Positions 23,120 through 35,719 of a stretch of 64,000 bases of DNA are shown here, one piece after another. The first letter of the stretch is position 1; every line of letters begins with the position of its first letter. Position numbers and translations under genes: made by a program. Source of the DNA: Fistulifera solaris (taxonomy: Eukaryota); NCBI GenBank assembly GCA_030295235.1, contig AP026164.1:372001-436000 (forward strand). The letters run 5' to 3'. Under the pieces are notes generated by a model. That model worked only from the letters and a program-made list of their open reading frames with translations. It was not told the DNA's origin and made no database searches.

Positions 23120-25484
23120 ATGAGGACCAGTGCATTAGTTGCGCACCTCGGCGTTCTAATTGCTGGTGCTGCGGCCACCGCCGAAGCTCATCAAGCGCGA
23201 TCACTTAGGCATCGGCACGTGCGACGGCGTCTGGAACAGGATTTTCAAATGAAGCTTTTTGCTGGAGAATTTGTCGATATGGAAGGAATTGTAATTGAGA
23301 ACTCTACCGAAGGGAATAAAGCTATAGGCTGGATTGATCAGGGTGATTGGGCGGCGTACAATATAACTTTACCATCGTCGGGGACTTATGATTTGAAACT
23401 TGAGGTGGCCAGCCCCACCGGAGACGGTTCTCTATCAGTCTCTGATTATGTAAGCAATCAAGAATATGCTATTTTCAGCGACCTACCGAACACGAGTGAT
23501 TGGCAAGAGTGGGAAACAGTGAGTGTCTCGGTCGAGTTGCCCGAGGGCTCAAACACGTTGAAATTGAACTTCTTAAGCTCTGGTTTTAATCTGCTCTCCT
23601 TGGAGCTTTCCGAGCCTATTGTAGTCATCGAAGGCGATGAAAGTCCTAGAGAGATTTATCAACACATATACGAGAGTGGGAGTTTGCGAATTCCGGCGGA
23701 TAAGTTCAGTTCGATGGAGGGGATAGTAGTCGAAAGTTCGAGCGAAGGAGGGAACAGTATAGGGTGGCTCGATGCGGGTGACATGGTAACCTACAACGTG
23801 TCGCTCCCCCTTGGCCGGTGTCTATAAGTTGGAAATGCGTATTGCCTCTCCGTCTGGTAATGGAGCATTCAGTATCACGGATTCATCTAATCAAGAGTTC
23901 GCATTAATGACTCGTCTCCCTCAAACAAATGATTGGCAGAGCTGGCAAACAATCAGATTTGAGTTTACTCTGCCGGCTGGTCCATCAAATCTCGTTGTCA
24001 ATGTTTTGAGGTCTGGCTGGAATCTACTCTGGTTAGAACTTTCCAGCACTGACGAACCATCATTTGAACCACAGGAAGATGAATTCCGCTTGAGAATACC
24101 TGCTGATGAATTCTTGTCGATGCAGGGCATTGTTGTTGAGACACTCCCCGATGGCGGCCGATACACTGCTTGGTTAGATCCAGACGATTGGATGACATAC
24201 TCGATCACAGTGCCTAGCAACGGAACTTACAGAATAGATTTGCAAGTATCAAGTCCTGTGGGAATCGGTGCGTTTGAGCTTTCAAATTTAGACACGAGAG
24301 AAGTGTATGGTTTTGAAAACTACTTCCCCGCAACTGGCGGCTGGCAAAACTGGGAGACTGTACGCTTAAACGCTACACTGCCGGCGGGTTCATTGACTAT
24401 GAAGGTTCACGTTCTAGATCCTGGATGGAATCTGCTTTCTATAGAAATCGTTGGGCTCATGTCAGGAAACAAAACCGATGACACTCCAGAAGGCGACAAT
24501 GACGATGGAGTTGTTGATGAGGACTTTCGTGTACGAATCTTTGCCAGTAACTACTCATCAATGGAGGGTATTGTTACTGAGACGTCCTCTGAAGGCAGTG
24601 AGAGCATCGGTTCTTTGGACGCTGGGGATAATGTGAACTATGAGATAGTACTGCCCACCAGGGGTCTTTACGGAGTGCAAATGCGTGTATCCAATTTTAC
24701 TGAAGAAAGCGCTTTCGCTTTGACTAACACGCACAATGGCGAAGAATATGCTTTTGTGAACAACACTTCAACAACGGAAGACGTAGGAAGCTGGGAAAAT
24801 ATTTCTTTTACCGCTACCTTGCCGAGTGGTTTTTTACCTTTGCAACTCAGCATTATTGGTCCTGGATGGAGTTTGCTTTGGATCGAGTTTAATTTGCTGG
24901 AATCACATCAAAATAGTACTCACTACGACCAATTTCAAGCGACGATCAACGCCAGCAATTTCTCATCTATGGAAGGTGTGGAGTTGCAAGAATTTCCTGG
25001 AGGGCTACAACAAATTGGCTTCCTCGAGAAAGGCGACTGGGCAGTATTTAATCTGTCAATACCCTATGAGGGAACTTACAAAATGATAATGCAAGTTTCG
25101 AGTCCTTCAGGAGAAGGTGGTTACGAAGTTGTGGACATGGAGTCTGAAATCCTTTACGCCACTGTAAATACCTTGCCTGAAACAGGAAGCTGGGAAGCAT
25201 TGGGCAATGTCACTAGGTTTATTCTTCTTTCAGCTGGACCTGTGTCTTTACAAATTCGAGTGCTTGAGCCAGGCTGGAATTTGGCGAGTATATCTCTCGA
25301 AAAAGTATTACCTCTTTTAGGGGCAAATGGCGAAAACTTTACCATTGAAGCCCCTGATACAATAAACGGCAAACCTTCATGGCACGAACCGATCATACGG
25401 GATCCCTGGACTCCAATTTTGGACGATGCCGTCTTCCGGGATCCGCTCGCTACTGATATTGCCGCCCTGGTCAGTGACCCGTAG
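23120..25484 (+). CDS. Secreted protein with five tandem CBM6-like carbohydrate-binding modules and no catalytic domain
   Basis: Signal peptide plus RSL/RRL pro-region. Five repeats of A..F.SMEGI..E...EGG..IGW.D.GDW..Y...P..G.Y...ASP.G.G...P.T..WQ.W...GWNL. Intronless; 1-bp frameshift at the C-run near 23810. Confidence 0.85.
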
Positions 25485-25980
25485 GATGGAGTCGTCGACT
25501 GCGACCAGAACAGAAAACGACACTTCGCATCAGAAAGCCAATCAAATAGATTGTGTACCTTTCGAATCGTTCAGATGGATGCTCACATTGGATAGCTTGT
25601 AAATACTTTCCATTGCGCAAGGGCTGGCAGAGGCCTGCTCCGTCCTAGCGTGATGATGATAAGCAGCTTACTGGGCTTATGTTTCGCGGATTAATCTAAA
25701 AACTTCAATCAGCAAAATAGCTCTCCTTTTAGTTTTCGGTGAGCATCATTACAGACACAACTCGGGAGTCAAACCTAGATTAAGTTGGAAAGAAATCGTT
25801 GGTGCCGCACAAAACCCCATCCTCAATGGATTGGATACCCACAACGTCAGCGTCATCGTGTTACCAGGTACCGATACTACTTTTTTTTGCGCAGGACGCG
25901 GTGAAATGCCAATGCACAATGCATTCTTTATCAGTTTATCCGCGTTTATCGTACAAGGTACCAGGTAGCCCGATCAAGCA

Positions 25981-27189
25981 ATGAATTTCTTGCTAATTAT
26001 TCTTTCGGCGGCACTAGCTGATCTAAGTTGTGCGTTCGTAGCAGCACCAATACATCCGAAGCTCATCCGCAATAACGATGACCGCAGTTTGACATTGTTA
26101 TCACGAGACAGCGCAAATACAAAAGATACACGCCCTGATACTACAAGTACAGAAAATAAGTTACTTCAAGACTGTGTATGCCTCGTCACCGGAGCGTCTC
26201 GAGGGATCGGAAAAGGAATCGCCATTGAACTGGGCAAACAGGGAGCAACCGTATACGTGACAGGCACGTCAAGCGCCAGTGCCGACACTGCTCAACAAAC
26301 TCGATTCAGCTCAATAAATGGAGAATCGGGACCTGGATCGATTGAAGAAACCGCCGCTGCGGTTACGGCTGCAGGAGGACAAGGTATTGCGGTGTTTTGT
26401 AACCACGGAATCGACGAGGATGTCCAAAAACTCACGCAATTAATTGAGGCGAACCACGGGCGACTAGACATACTGATCAACAACTGCTTTCGTATGCCAA
26501 AAGGCAGTGTTAAGGACTTGAACAAAAAGTTTTGGGAGCTTCATCTCGATACGTGGGATAATGTGCATCAAGTGGGCCTGCGAAGTCACTACGTCGCCAG
26601 CTATTATGCTACCCCGCTTTTGATCAAAGCGGCCGCCAATCCCGACAAGCCCGCTGGTCTACCCAGGCCTTTGATCGGAATGATAAGTTCTTTTGGAGGA
26701 TTGACTTATACATTTAATTTGCCCTACGGTGTTGGAAAAGCTGGCGTTGACCGAATGGCGAAAGACATGGCGACCGAATTTGCGTTTGCCGACAAAGATA
26801 TCTGCGTTGTTTCATTCTGGCCGGGTGTCGTTATGACAGAGAGGACTGAAATCGCTCTGGAGAATGGAGATTGGGACAAGTACGTCGGTGTTCCACTTGA
26901 AAATGCCGAGTCTCCCGGTTTGACGGGGAAAGCAATCGCAGCTCTTGCGGCAGATCCAAACAATATGAAAAAGTCTGGCAGTTATCAAGTTGTTGCCGAG
27001 TTGGCACAAGAATACGGATTTACAGAAGATGACGGCCGCACTCCTCCAAGTATCCGCTCGCTTCGCTTTCTTCTACCATCGTATGCCCTGGACGAGACGA
27101 CCAGGAAAAGAATTCCCTCTTGGCTTATTCCAGACTTCAAGCTTCCTTTTTGGATCATGTCTCAGGGACAGCCTCCGAAACCGGAATGA
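25981..27189 (+). CDS. Short-chain dehydrogenase/reductase (DHRS1-like), plastid-type presequence
   Basis: VTGASRGIGKG, GRLDILINN, YGVGK (YxxxK) and SFWPG; N-terminal SCA-FVAAP. Confidence 0.9.
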   Translation: MNFLLIILSAALADLSCAFVAAPIHPKLIRNNDDRSLTLLSRDSANTKDTRPDTTSTENKLLQDCVCLVTGASRGIGKGIAIELGKQGATVYVTGTSSASADTAQQTRFSSINGESGPGSIEETAAAVTAAGGQGIAVFCNHGIDEDVQKLTQLIEANHGRLDILINNCFRMPKGSVKDLNKKFWELHLDTWDNVHQVGLRSHYVASYYATPLLIKAAANPDKPAGLPRPLIGMISSFGGLTYTFNLPYGVGKAGVDRMAKDMATEFAFADKDICVVSFWPGVVMTERTEIALENGDWDKYVGVPLENAESPGLTGKAIAALAADPNNMKKSGSYQVVAELAQEYGFTEDDGRTPPSIRSLRFLLPSYALDETTRKRIPSWLIPDFKLPFWIMSQGQPPKPE

Positions 27190-27540
27190 GGAGCTTCTTT
27201 GGTGTGAATTGTCACTCGCATTGTAGCTAGTCTAATTCTGTTGGTGTCGGTACTCTTGTAAGTAATGGATTTATCGTGTTGAACGTTGAACGGTGAACAC
27301 CTAATGACGACGATGGCCAGCAGTCACGGACTGACGAATCGCGAGTTCGAAATCTTTCCGGTACCCAACGTCCATGGTTCTTGTTTTGATCAGACGCTTC
27401 GCATTTGAGCCCTTTCTAGCACAATTTGAGTTCGGATTGCACATCGCACCGATTATTCAAGAAAGCGATATTGGTGTTTTCTTTTTCCCCCTTGGTCGCA
27501 TAAAACGAAGTCATCAAGATCAGAAAGTCATTTAATCGAC

Positions 27541-28960
27541 ATGAGACTTTTCATCCTTGCCTTGCCTCCCCTCTTGGTCTCGGCCAACGTCGTTAGCGAT
27601 GCTGGTGGTACATGTTTGAATAGAAACCTCTACACAATAAGTGATGGCCTAGGAATGTTTGACGTGGCATTGGAGACCGCGCGCGGTTGCGAGAACGACA
27701 TTGAGGGAACAACTGCTATCTCCGAGTCATCCTATGAAGAGAATCGCCAGCAGTGCTGGAAAAAGATAAGCGTATCGGAGCAGATATGGGCGAGCCACAG
27801 GTTATCGATGGCGACCGAACCAAAGAGATTTTAAAGCACATCGCCGACACCCGTGTCTACCTAAAAGAGAAAGTCATGGTTGAGCCACAGTACGAGAAAG
27901 TGCGAGATATTTGTATGAATAAGCACGCCTCCTGCACCTTTTGGGCCGTTATAGGCGAATGCGAGAAGAACCCTGCTTACATGGAATTACAATGTGCTCC
28001 AGCGTGTCGTACCTGCGAGCAGCTTCACGTCGAAACTCGCTGTCCCTTGGATGTAAATGCTGTTGATGCATTGTATCCCGGTGATCTTGATAAAATGTTT
28101 GAAAGAATTATCACCGATGCTGGACTTCAGCAGTATGGGCCAGTTGTCTTGTCTCGTCCTAGCTACGCTCCAGGCGACGGGCCAAACAATGCCACATATA
28201 GCATCGGAATTTGGATGATTCAGTTTGAAAAGGCACTTTCAGAAGAAGAGGCGGATAGAATGATAGAATTAGGCGGAATAAAAGGGTATGAGAGAAGCAA
28301 GGATGTTGGTGAAAAACAACCCGACGGCACATACCAAGCCTACGTTAATACAGGAAGAACATCAACCAATGCTGTAAGTTAACCTTCATGTCATTCAAAA
28401 CTGACAGCGTGTCATCAATCTTAACTGCCTTTCCCTTTCATTAGTGGTGTGTGGACTCTTGCTACACCGATCCAGTGGCACAGGCGCTCATGGGTCGCAT
28501 CGAGACTATAACTGGCATCCCGGAGACGAATTCCGAAAATCTACAACTCCTACGATACGAGGAGTCACAGTTTTACCAAACACACAACGACGTAAGTCGT
28601 GTCGAATCTCTCTTTCATATCTGGTTCAATGTTCCTAATGTCTGAACTCTCCTCGTATCTTTTTTTCAGTATATCAATTATCAAATTGAAAGACCCTGCG
28701 GCGTTCGTGTGTTAACATTCTACGTGTACTTGAATGACGTGGAAGAAGGCGGAGGAACTGACTTTCCTAGATTAAATATGACAGTAATGCCAAAGAAAGG
28801 TCGAGCTGTCATGTGGCCCTCGGTTCTAAACATGGACCCCAACAGAAAGGACCCTCGAAGCGACCATCAAGCATTACCTGTAATCAAGGGCGTCAAATAC
28901 GGAGCAAATGCTTGGATCCATATGCGGGATTTCAAAACTCCCAACAAAAAGGGATGCTGA
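27541..28960 (+). CDS. Prolyl 4-hydroxylase alpha-like 2OG-Fe(II) oxygenase with ShKT domain
   Basis: Signal peptide and ShKT domain CMNKHASCTFWAVIGECEKNPAYMELQCAPACRTC. Catalytic region has RTSTNAW, LQLLRYE..QFY..HND, YLNDVEEGGGT.F and HQALPVIKGVKYGAN.W. Introns about 28374-28445 and 28592-28669; the 5' junction is frameshifted. Confidence 0.9.
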
Positions 28961-29143
28961 TTCCTAAAGACTTGTATGAATACGTTACCCCAAGTCCGCA
29001 GCTTAAAGTAACGCATAATTATAATTGTTGTTTAAGTCAATTTACGTTGTGCCGCCTGCTAAGTTACTCCTACTTTTTGGTGAGGTCGCAGGTGGTTTTG
29101 CTGGATCAAAGTACTATAGCCCAAAGTGTTAGCCGTTTTTTGC

Positions 29144-29169
29144 CATGACTGAATTTCAGTCATGAGAAT
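29144..29169. promoter_or_regulatory. Candidate palindromic cis-element CATGACTG-N5-CAGTCAYGAGAAT (copy 1)
   Basis: Perfect 10-bp arms CATGACTGAA-T-TTCAGTCATG about 125 bp upstream of the CWC24 ATG. 23/26 identical to 44790-44815. Confidence 0.4.
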
Positions 29170-29289
29170 CGATCTTGCCTGTTTTTTTTTGTGCGTTTGC
29201 GTCGCTGCAATTTATCTTCAATATATCTCCTCTCTTATTTCTAAGACTTTTCATTCGGCTAATAACGATCTCTAATTCTCATCAAAGTC

Positions 29290-30194
29290 ATGTTTCGTAA
29301 AACGAAACGGAGAGCGAATGCTGGTCTGAGACGCAAAGACTCGAGCGATGATGATGATGAAAACGAAGCAGCGCAAGATGAGGACACGACTGGCTTACTT
29401 TCCGAAGCACGGAAGCGTTTAAAGGGCTCAAAGGTTAAGACAACGAGTGCGGAGACGACAGAGCAGCAATCTGCTTCAGTCATGCAAACGTACGAATCTA
29501 CAAGATCGCGCATCACGAACGCCGACCTGGCTACTAGCACGGCCCAACACCTTCCTGAGAAAGAACAACAAGATGAAACGGTGGGAGTTGGCGCTGATGG
29601 AATTTTTCGTAATACGCAGCGGAATAAGTTTTTGGCGGGTCCAATCAAGGTTGCCCAGAATGTCCGCGTTACCGCTCGGTTTGATTACGAGCCAAGTATC
29701 TGCAAAGATTACAAAGAAACAGGTTTCTGTGGCTTCGGTGATACATGTATCTACTTGCACGATCGAGGAGATACGATGACTGGATGGCAGTTGGAGCAGC
29801 AGTGGGAGGAGCAACAGAAGAAGAAAAAAAGAGCAACAGGAGAAAGAGATACAGGGCTTTGTCGATGGCATGAGCGAATCGAAATCGAGGACGAAAGAGG
29901 AGTTTGCTATATCCGATGGCCTCCCGTTTGCATGCTTTTTGTGCAGAGAGTTCTTCAAGAATCCTGTCGTCACGGTTTGTAATCATTACTTCTGTGAATC
30001 TTGTATTATGAACCATGTGAAGGAAGAGAGTGATGCATGCCCAATCTGTTCTCACGACACGAGCTCTGTTTTCAATCATCCTGCAAAGCTAATTGCCAAG
30101 AAAAAGAAAAATTCTGGGAGCGGAGCGATCAAATAATCCTGACTCTTGGAAAGAATACGCTAAGACTATGGCGAAGGAAGATGATGCGCATTAG
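29290..30194 (+). CDS. CWC24: Spliceosomal CCCH zinc finger plus RING protein (Cwc24/RNF113A)
   Basis: [31 protein letters not shown] and [28 protein letters not shown]...CPIC. Frameshifts in A-runs near 29825 and 30105. Confidence 0.92.
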
Positions 30195-30504
30195 ATATCG
30201 GTGTTGAGGCCAACGACAAAATCGCTGCTCTCTATCTAACAAAGTTACTTTGTGGTCACCAGGAACAAGCTAGGATAACGAAACTCGTCCCTCTTATAGC
30301 TAATAAGTTATTTCGCTATGTTGTTGCTTTTGCTAGTGCCAAGATTCTATTCATTCCGTCTACTTCTGACAATTGTTATACAGCAGATTCGTCGTTCTCT
30401 GCATTTCTCTGTTCGTTATACCTTGCATTATGAATGAGATATCTTTGAACAATCATCAAATCACCCTTATCAAAAGATGCTACAGATAACCCTCCAAACT
30501 TTGA

Positions 30505-31289
30505 TTATACTGATCCTTGGAGAATAATCTCTTCCAGGTCGGAGTAGCTCCAACATTCTGAGACTTGTTCGTTGTCCATCCATACTTCTTCCGGAACACC
30601 TTTTTCTGTGCTCGATATGTAATAAAAGCACATTCCCCATGCACATATCTTTGTTTCTTGTTTGTTATTCGCGGCGATACTCTCATAGTCGCCATTCGAG
30701 TTATCGTCGTCGTCGTCACTTACAACAACACTACGACTTGGATTCATAGAGTCAACCGTCCGCGTTGCTTCTTCTTTAAAAGGCAACCACACCAGGTTAT
30801 AGAAATCTGGCTCGTTCTCTGGGTTAGACTTGGCCCGAACTCCAGTGCCTTTGACCTTGACTCGTTGAATCTTAGTTACAAGAAACTCTTTGCCACGCAA
30901 AAGAATTCGTTGTAATAGCCTCCACGGTCGGCACCTTTCGTGAGTCTTTGGAAGTTGTAAAGATTAAGTTGGCGCTGGAACGACGCTGTTTTTGACTGCT
31001 TGAAGTACCTCGGAAGGATTGCTGTGAATTCTTCTGGCTTGTGTACGACGAAACAACGGCCATGTGGTTGCCACGACACAATGTGGTCAAGACCATCACG
31101 CTCAACCAACTGGAGCATTTCATACAACCTGTAAGGAAATGCATTGTGGTTCCGGGTATCATTGAAGGCGTAATCATAATTGGAATTAGGTGCCGGTACA
31201 GCAGAATAATCATGATAGTCGTGATGGACAACATGGAGGGCTTGATTGTTGCTCGATGCGCCTGAGCGTTTTCGTTGAAGCTTTGCCAT
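30505..31289 (-). CDS. Heat shock factor (HSF DNA-binding domain) transcription factor
   Basis: HHDYHDY...FPYRLYEML...IVSWQPHGRCF...YFKQSKTASFQRQLNLYNF.R...D.GGYYNEF. A 1-bp deletion near 30900 interrupts FLRG; continues to EPDFY. Confidence 0.9.
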
Positions 31290-31928
31290 TTCGATCGAGG
31301 AAAGCGAAGATGGATTGTTTTGTCTATTTTGGTTGGAAAAACACATTTACAACAAATGTAGTTGTTGTCTTGAAGCGTGGAGTTGCTTTGAGATGAAAGA
31401 TCGAGATCAAAGATTGAGCGAAGGAAATGCGAACTGTATAATCTGTGAGCAGATTTTCTTCAATCGTACAGTTTATTGATCTTTGATCACAAAGGAGATT
31501 GGAAATCGGGAACGCGACGAACACGAAGAATAAAAGGAGAACGGAGAACAGTTGAGCACCTATTTCAAAAGTACACAACTATTCTCTTTTCTGTTCCTCT
31601 GTTCTGTTCTTCTGCTAATCATACTCCAGAGTAATAACGATGCCACGTAGTAGTTGCAACAAGCAGTCTGGGTCACGCACCACATAAGTCACGAAGGAAT
31701 CATCATGACTAGCGAAACTAGCATGACTGAGAACAAAGGCACAAGAACTAGAATCGCAATCTTTTATTTCATTTATTTTCTTGGAAACAACTAACTAGGA
31801 ACCTTTGAGGAATGGGGCTTCTTGGAAGCAAAGGTTGAGTTGACCACCTTTAATTGCATGTATAAAGCGAGACTCTCGAATGGCAGATTTCTGTGGGTAA
31901 TAGTAACAACAAACCCTGTTCCGCGTGT

Positions 31929-34900
31929 CTAATGGCATCGAGTCAACTGAGCGACGGCTGCATGATCAGTCTGAATATCCGATAGAAGAGCCTGTAGTTC
32001 CTCGGAATCACGGACGAAATCAGGAAAATTGTTCATTGCTTCTTGAAGCAGATGACTTCTGGTGGCGACATGCTGAAACATCATTGACAAGCATGATATG
32101 TACGACGCGTAAAGCTGAATATTTTTGTTCAACTCGTCTGTAGCAGTAATATCCGACAGCGCAATGGAAGTAAGTTCACCCGCTTCGGTGGTAGTGCTTG
32201 TAGCAAGCGAACAATGGTTAAAAATCGTAAGATACGTTTCCGCATTCGGTTTAGCATACTGATTTCCACATCGATAATCGACTTTCATTCTTTCATAGAT
32301 GGAAGCCAAATCTTCTATGCAATTTTCACCCGCATCACTTCGAAATGCGTCCATCACAAGATGATAACATGTCGCGGATGGCAGAGGAGATAGGCTGCTG
32401 ACGAGGTGTCTTTTCGTCATTCGATCCAAAATCGCCAATGCTTCCTTGCCAGCTTCCCCGCCAGTCACTGTTGACCAAGCCTTAATTACACCCTGATAGC
32501 AAGCTTCTGTGGGCCTCAACGGATCAAGAGCTCCTGAATGATCATACAACGTTTCTAATTGCTCTAGTATTGCCCCAGCGCGTTCTGCCGACTCCTTTCC
32601 TCCAACTTGGGCCCAGCTGTTTATCACATGAGAAAAATTGAACGTGCTCGGGCGGCAATTAGGGTTCTTGCCACTTGCATAATTCTGCTGCATCTCATTT
32701 AAAATGGCCTCCACTTTGATGGGAGCATCTTGTCTCCCGCTGTTTCTCCAAGCAATTTGGTAGGCAGCGTATATATATGAAGATGGTTTAAAAAGTGATC
32801 GAACTTCAGCGAACAGTTGCTCGACGTTTTTCAGGTACCTAACATCTTTAGACTTTGTCCATGCGTGAATCATAGCCTAATTTCATACGGAGTATTCGAA
32901 TGAGTTTCTTTCTTTGAAAGAATTGTTTTGTTTTGATTGATGGCTAACTTACCGCATAACTCTTTTCCGAAGGACGGAAATCAGGTCTATCGTGACCTAA
33001 CGCTTTCAGTCGCTGGAACAAGAGATGGGCCCTGTGTACATCACCTTTCTTCCAGTATTCTTCTAAGATATATCTGTATGTGTTTTCTTCCGGGGGGACA
33101 TCACTTTGTTTATCTGAATACATTTTTTCACGAGACTCGATATAACTCTCAGCTTCACCATCTTCGCCAAACCTCGCAAGTAAACGCGCATATTGATTCA
33201 TTACGCCAATGTGAAGAGGAATCTTATCTTCCTCCATTTGACGGATCAAGAACTTGCCGTAGTGTAGCATCTCTGGTGAGAAAGATGAACTCAAGCCTAA
33301 CAACATGAAACGGTATGTACTAGCGTCAACTTTTCTATGACACTCTTGTCGCCATTTATTGAACAAACGAACCAGCCGGTCGGTTCGTGTTCTTGACCGT
33401 GATCTCGCCCATCCTTTTAAGCAATGATTCAGATCCTTTATCGTTGGACCTCGAAAGTTCTTGTCCAATTCACCTCGTGCACACAGTCGCGTGAATACAT
33501 TCTCCATTTTCAGCGCCAGCGCTTCCCTTTCTTGCGGTTCGTGAGCGCGTTCTTGCCGAAAAAGCAGACCACCTAGAAATTCAGTGTACAGTTGAGAGTC
33601 TATAAGCGATTCCCTCCCATTTTCAACATTTTCAAGAGATTCCAACATCTCCTCAGCCTTGGCAATACCATCCTTCGATGAACTTCGGAGGAACGCCAAA
33701 ATAACTGAAGTATAAGTGATTCGATCAGGCTTGGTGTTCATTCCAGATTGATGCATTTCTACCATCTGACGCAGAATTGCTTCAACTTCGTCGACAGAAA
33801 CGGAGGAACCAAATGTGCACGCATTCAAGGCAATATTGAAGTGTATTGTAGTCACCTTGACGCCTTGAGACAGCATTTCGTCTAAAATCTCTTTGGTTTT
33901 CCTTGCGTCTCCAGCTTTGCTGCAAACATTCATCAACGACGAGTACACAAAAGGATCTCTCATGAAATCATATTGTTTCATGGAGTCCCACCATTCGAAC
34001 GTACGTTGCAGGATCGCGGATGTGGCAGAATTGTTACCAACCGACGCCTCCACTTCATTCGCGAATGCCGATAATATTGATGTACAGATCGGCTTTACAT
34101 CATCGATGGAGTCGCTCAGCATTGCAGGTTTGCGCTTTCTGAGCTTTTCGAACAGCTTTAAACTTTCCTCCGCTCCACCGGGTAAACGTCCTGCGGCTCT
34201 AGCAGTGAACTGAAAGACGTAACAAGAAGCATCCGGCGATAAAGTGATCGATTTTGATTGCTCCATATCTTGCACAATTTGATCAATGATCGTGATACAC
34301 CCCCGTGAACTGCGCGCGCCTCCCAGCGAAAGAGACAACTTCTCGTCGTACTGACTGGGATTCCATGACTGATCATTCTGCAAGTGCGCCAGAAACCGAC
34401 ATCGCTTGTACCAAAGATTCAAAAGTCCTCTTTGACTGTTGACGTCGGGAACCAGTTTGGAGTACAATCGATCGTCATGGCATTTCTGCATCATGGCAGC
34501 AATTTCCGAGGCTTCTCTCAATGCGTCTATCATTTCAGCATTACTAGCCTTTGATGCATTCCCTCGCTGGTGTCGAGCTCTCTGCGTAAATGCGCGCGTC
34601 CCTTCGAGTGGTTGCAGCACTAGATTGATGAGTCGGACGAAGCCTCGGTTCGGAGCAGGTAGAGCCTGCGAATTGTCGCAAACCAAGTCCTCGAGTAGTT
34701 TGGGGTTCTGCTTTTCGTGATAATAGTAGTCAAGGATCTTTCTTGCATTAATCAAATTTGTTTTGTCATGATTTCCTTTTTTCGCCGCAGATTCAACGGA
34801 AAATTTGCCGAGCCAAAATAAGTAAGCGGCTTTGAGTGCGGAGTGACTGTGAGTGGACGGATCCGCCGTGATCTTTGCCATGCTTTCCGTGCGACGCGTA

Positions 34901-35082
34901 TCGATACCGTGCCATTCATTTTGAGCGTTGTTACTTTTCGTTTCGCTGAGCCATCGGAAAGCACATAATGGTTGTGGGTTGTTGCGTGCGTTTGGAAGGA
35001 CGATTGGTTTTGAGAACGAAACAAGCATTGTCGTAGGCCTTGTTGTCACGCGTGGCATCTTCGAAAAACAGAGACGAAGCAT
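31929..35082 (-). CDS. Large PPR protein with mitochondrial-type presequence
   Basis: DPFVYSSLMNVCSKAGD, KPDRITYTSVILAF, RPSTFNFSHVINSW and RPTEACYQGVIKAW. Intron 32877-32952 joins the two ORFs. Confidence 0.85.
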
Positions 35083-35719
35083 CTTGATGGTTCGGTCTCA
35101 CTCTATCTAGAAAGGATTCTTCTCGATTAAAAACAGTTGACCGATTTTTAGAGAATACGGAGTACCTGGAAATCGAATCATCAACATCATCGGTGTGGTG
35201 TTGTTGTTGCGGTGTTTTCTAATCATCGCGAGGGTGTGTGATTAAGCAGTCGGTATAATTTTGTTAAGGTTATGAATAATTTATAGGAAGTGTCAGTCAC
35301 CGCGTAACTGAGTCATGGATGCCAGTTGGCTCTGCCCACTGAATTTTGCCCTATACCTGGGAACGGCGTTAAAATTCTGCCTCGTCGTAGAAGCTACGTA
35401 GAATCTTGTACTGGGAGGCAGAATTTAACGTCCTTCCCTGGTAGTGAAAGACCATTACAAAGTATGAACTTGATCGTGTCTTTGTACTCCAAGCAAGTTT
35501 TATAAATAGGTGATTGCCGATGAAATTTTTCCCACTGTGAGTGAATAACTGGAAGTTTATGACGGTTAGCTTTTGTTTAGCGTTTTGCCTGTCCACGAAA
35601 AAATGCCTGTTCGTCAACAACAACAATGAAACGTTGCCCTTGAAATACTTGCAAGTGCAAGCACATAGAAAACTAATTTTATCTAGCTCAATACAATTGA
35701 AATCGCTAGATAAGCCGCA

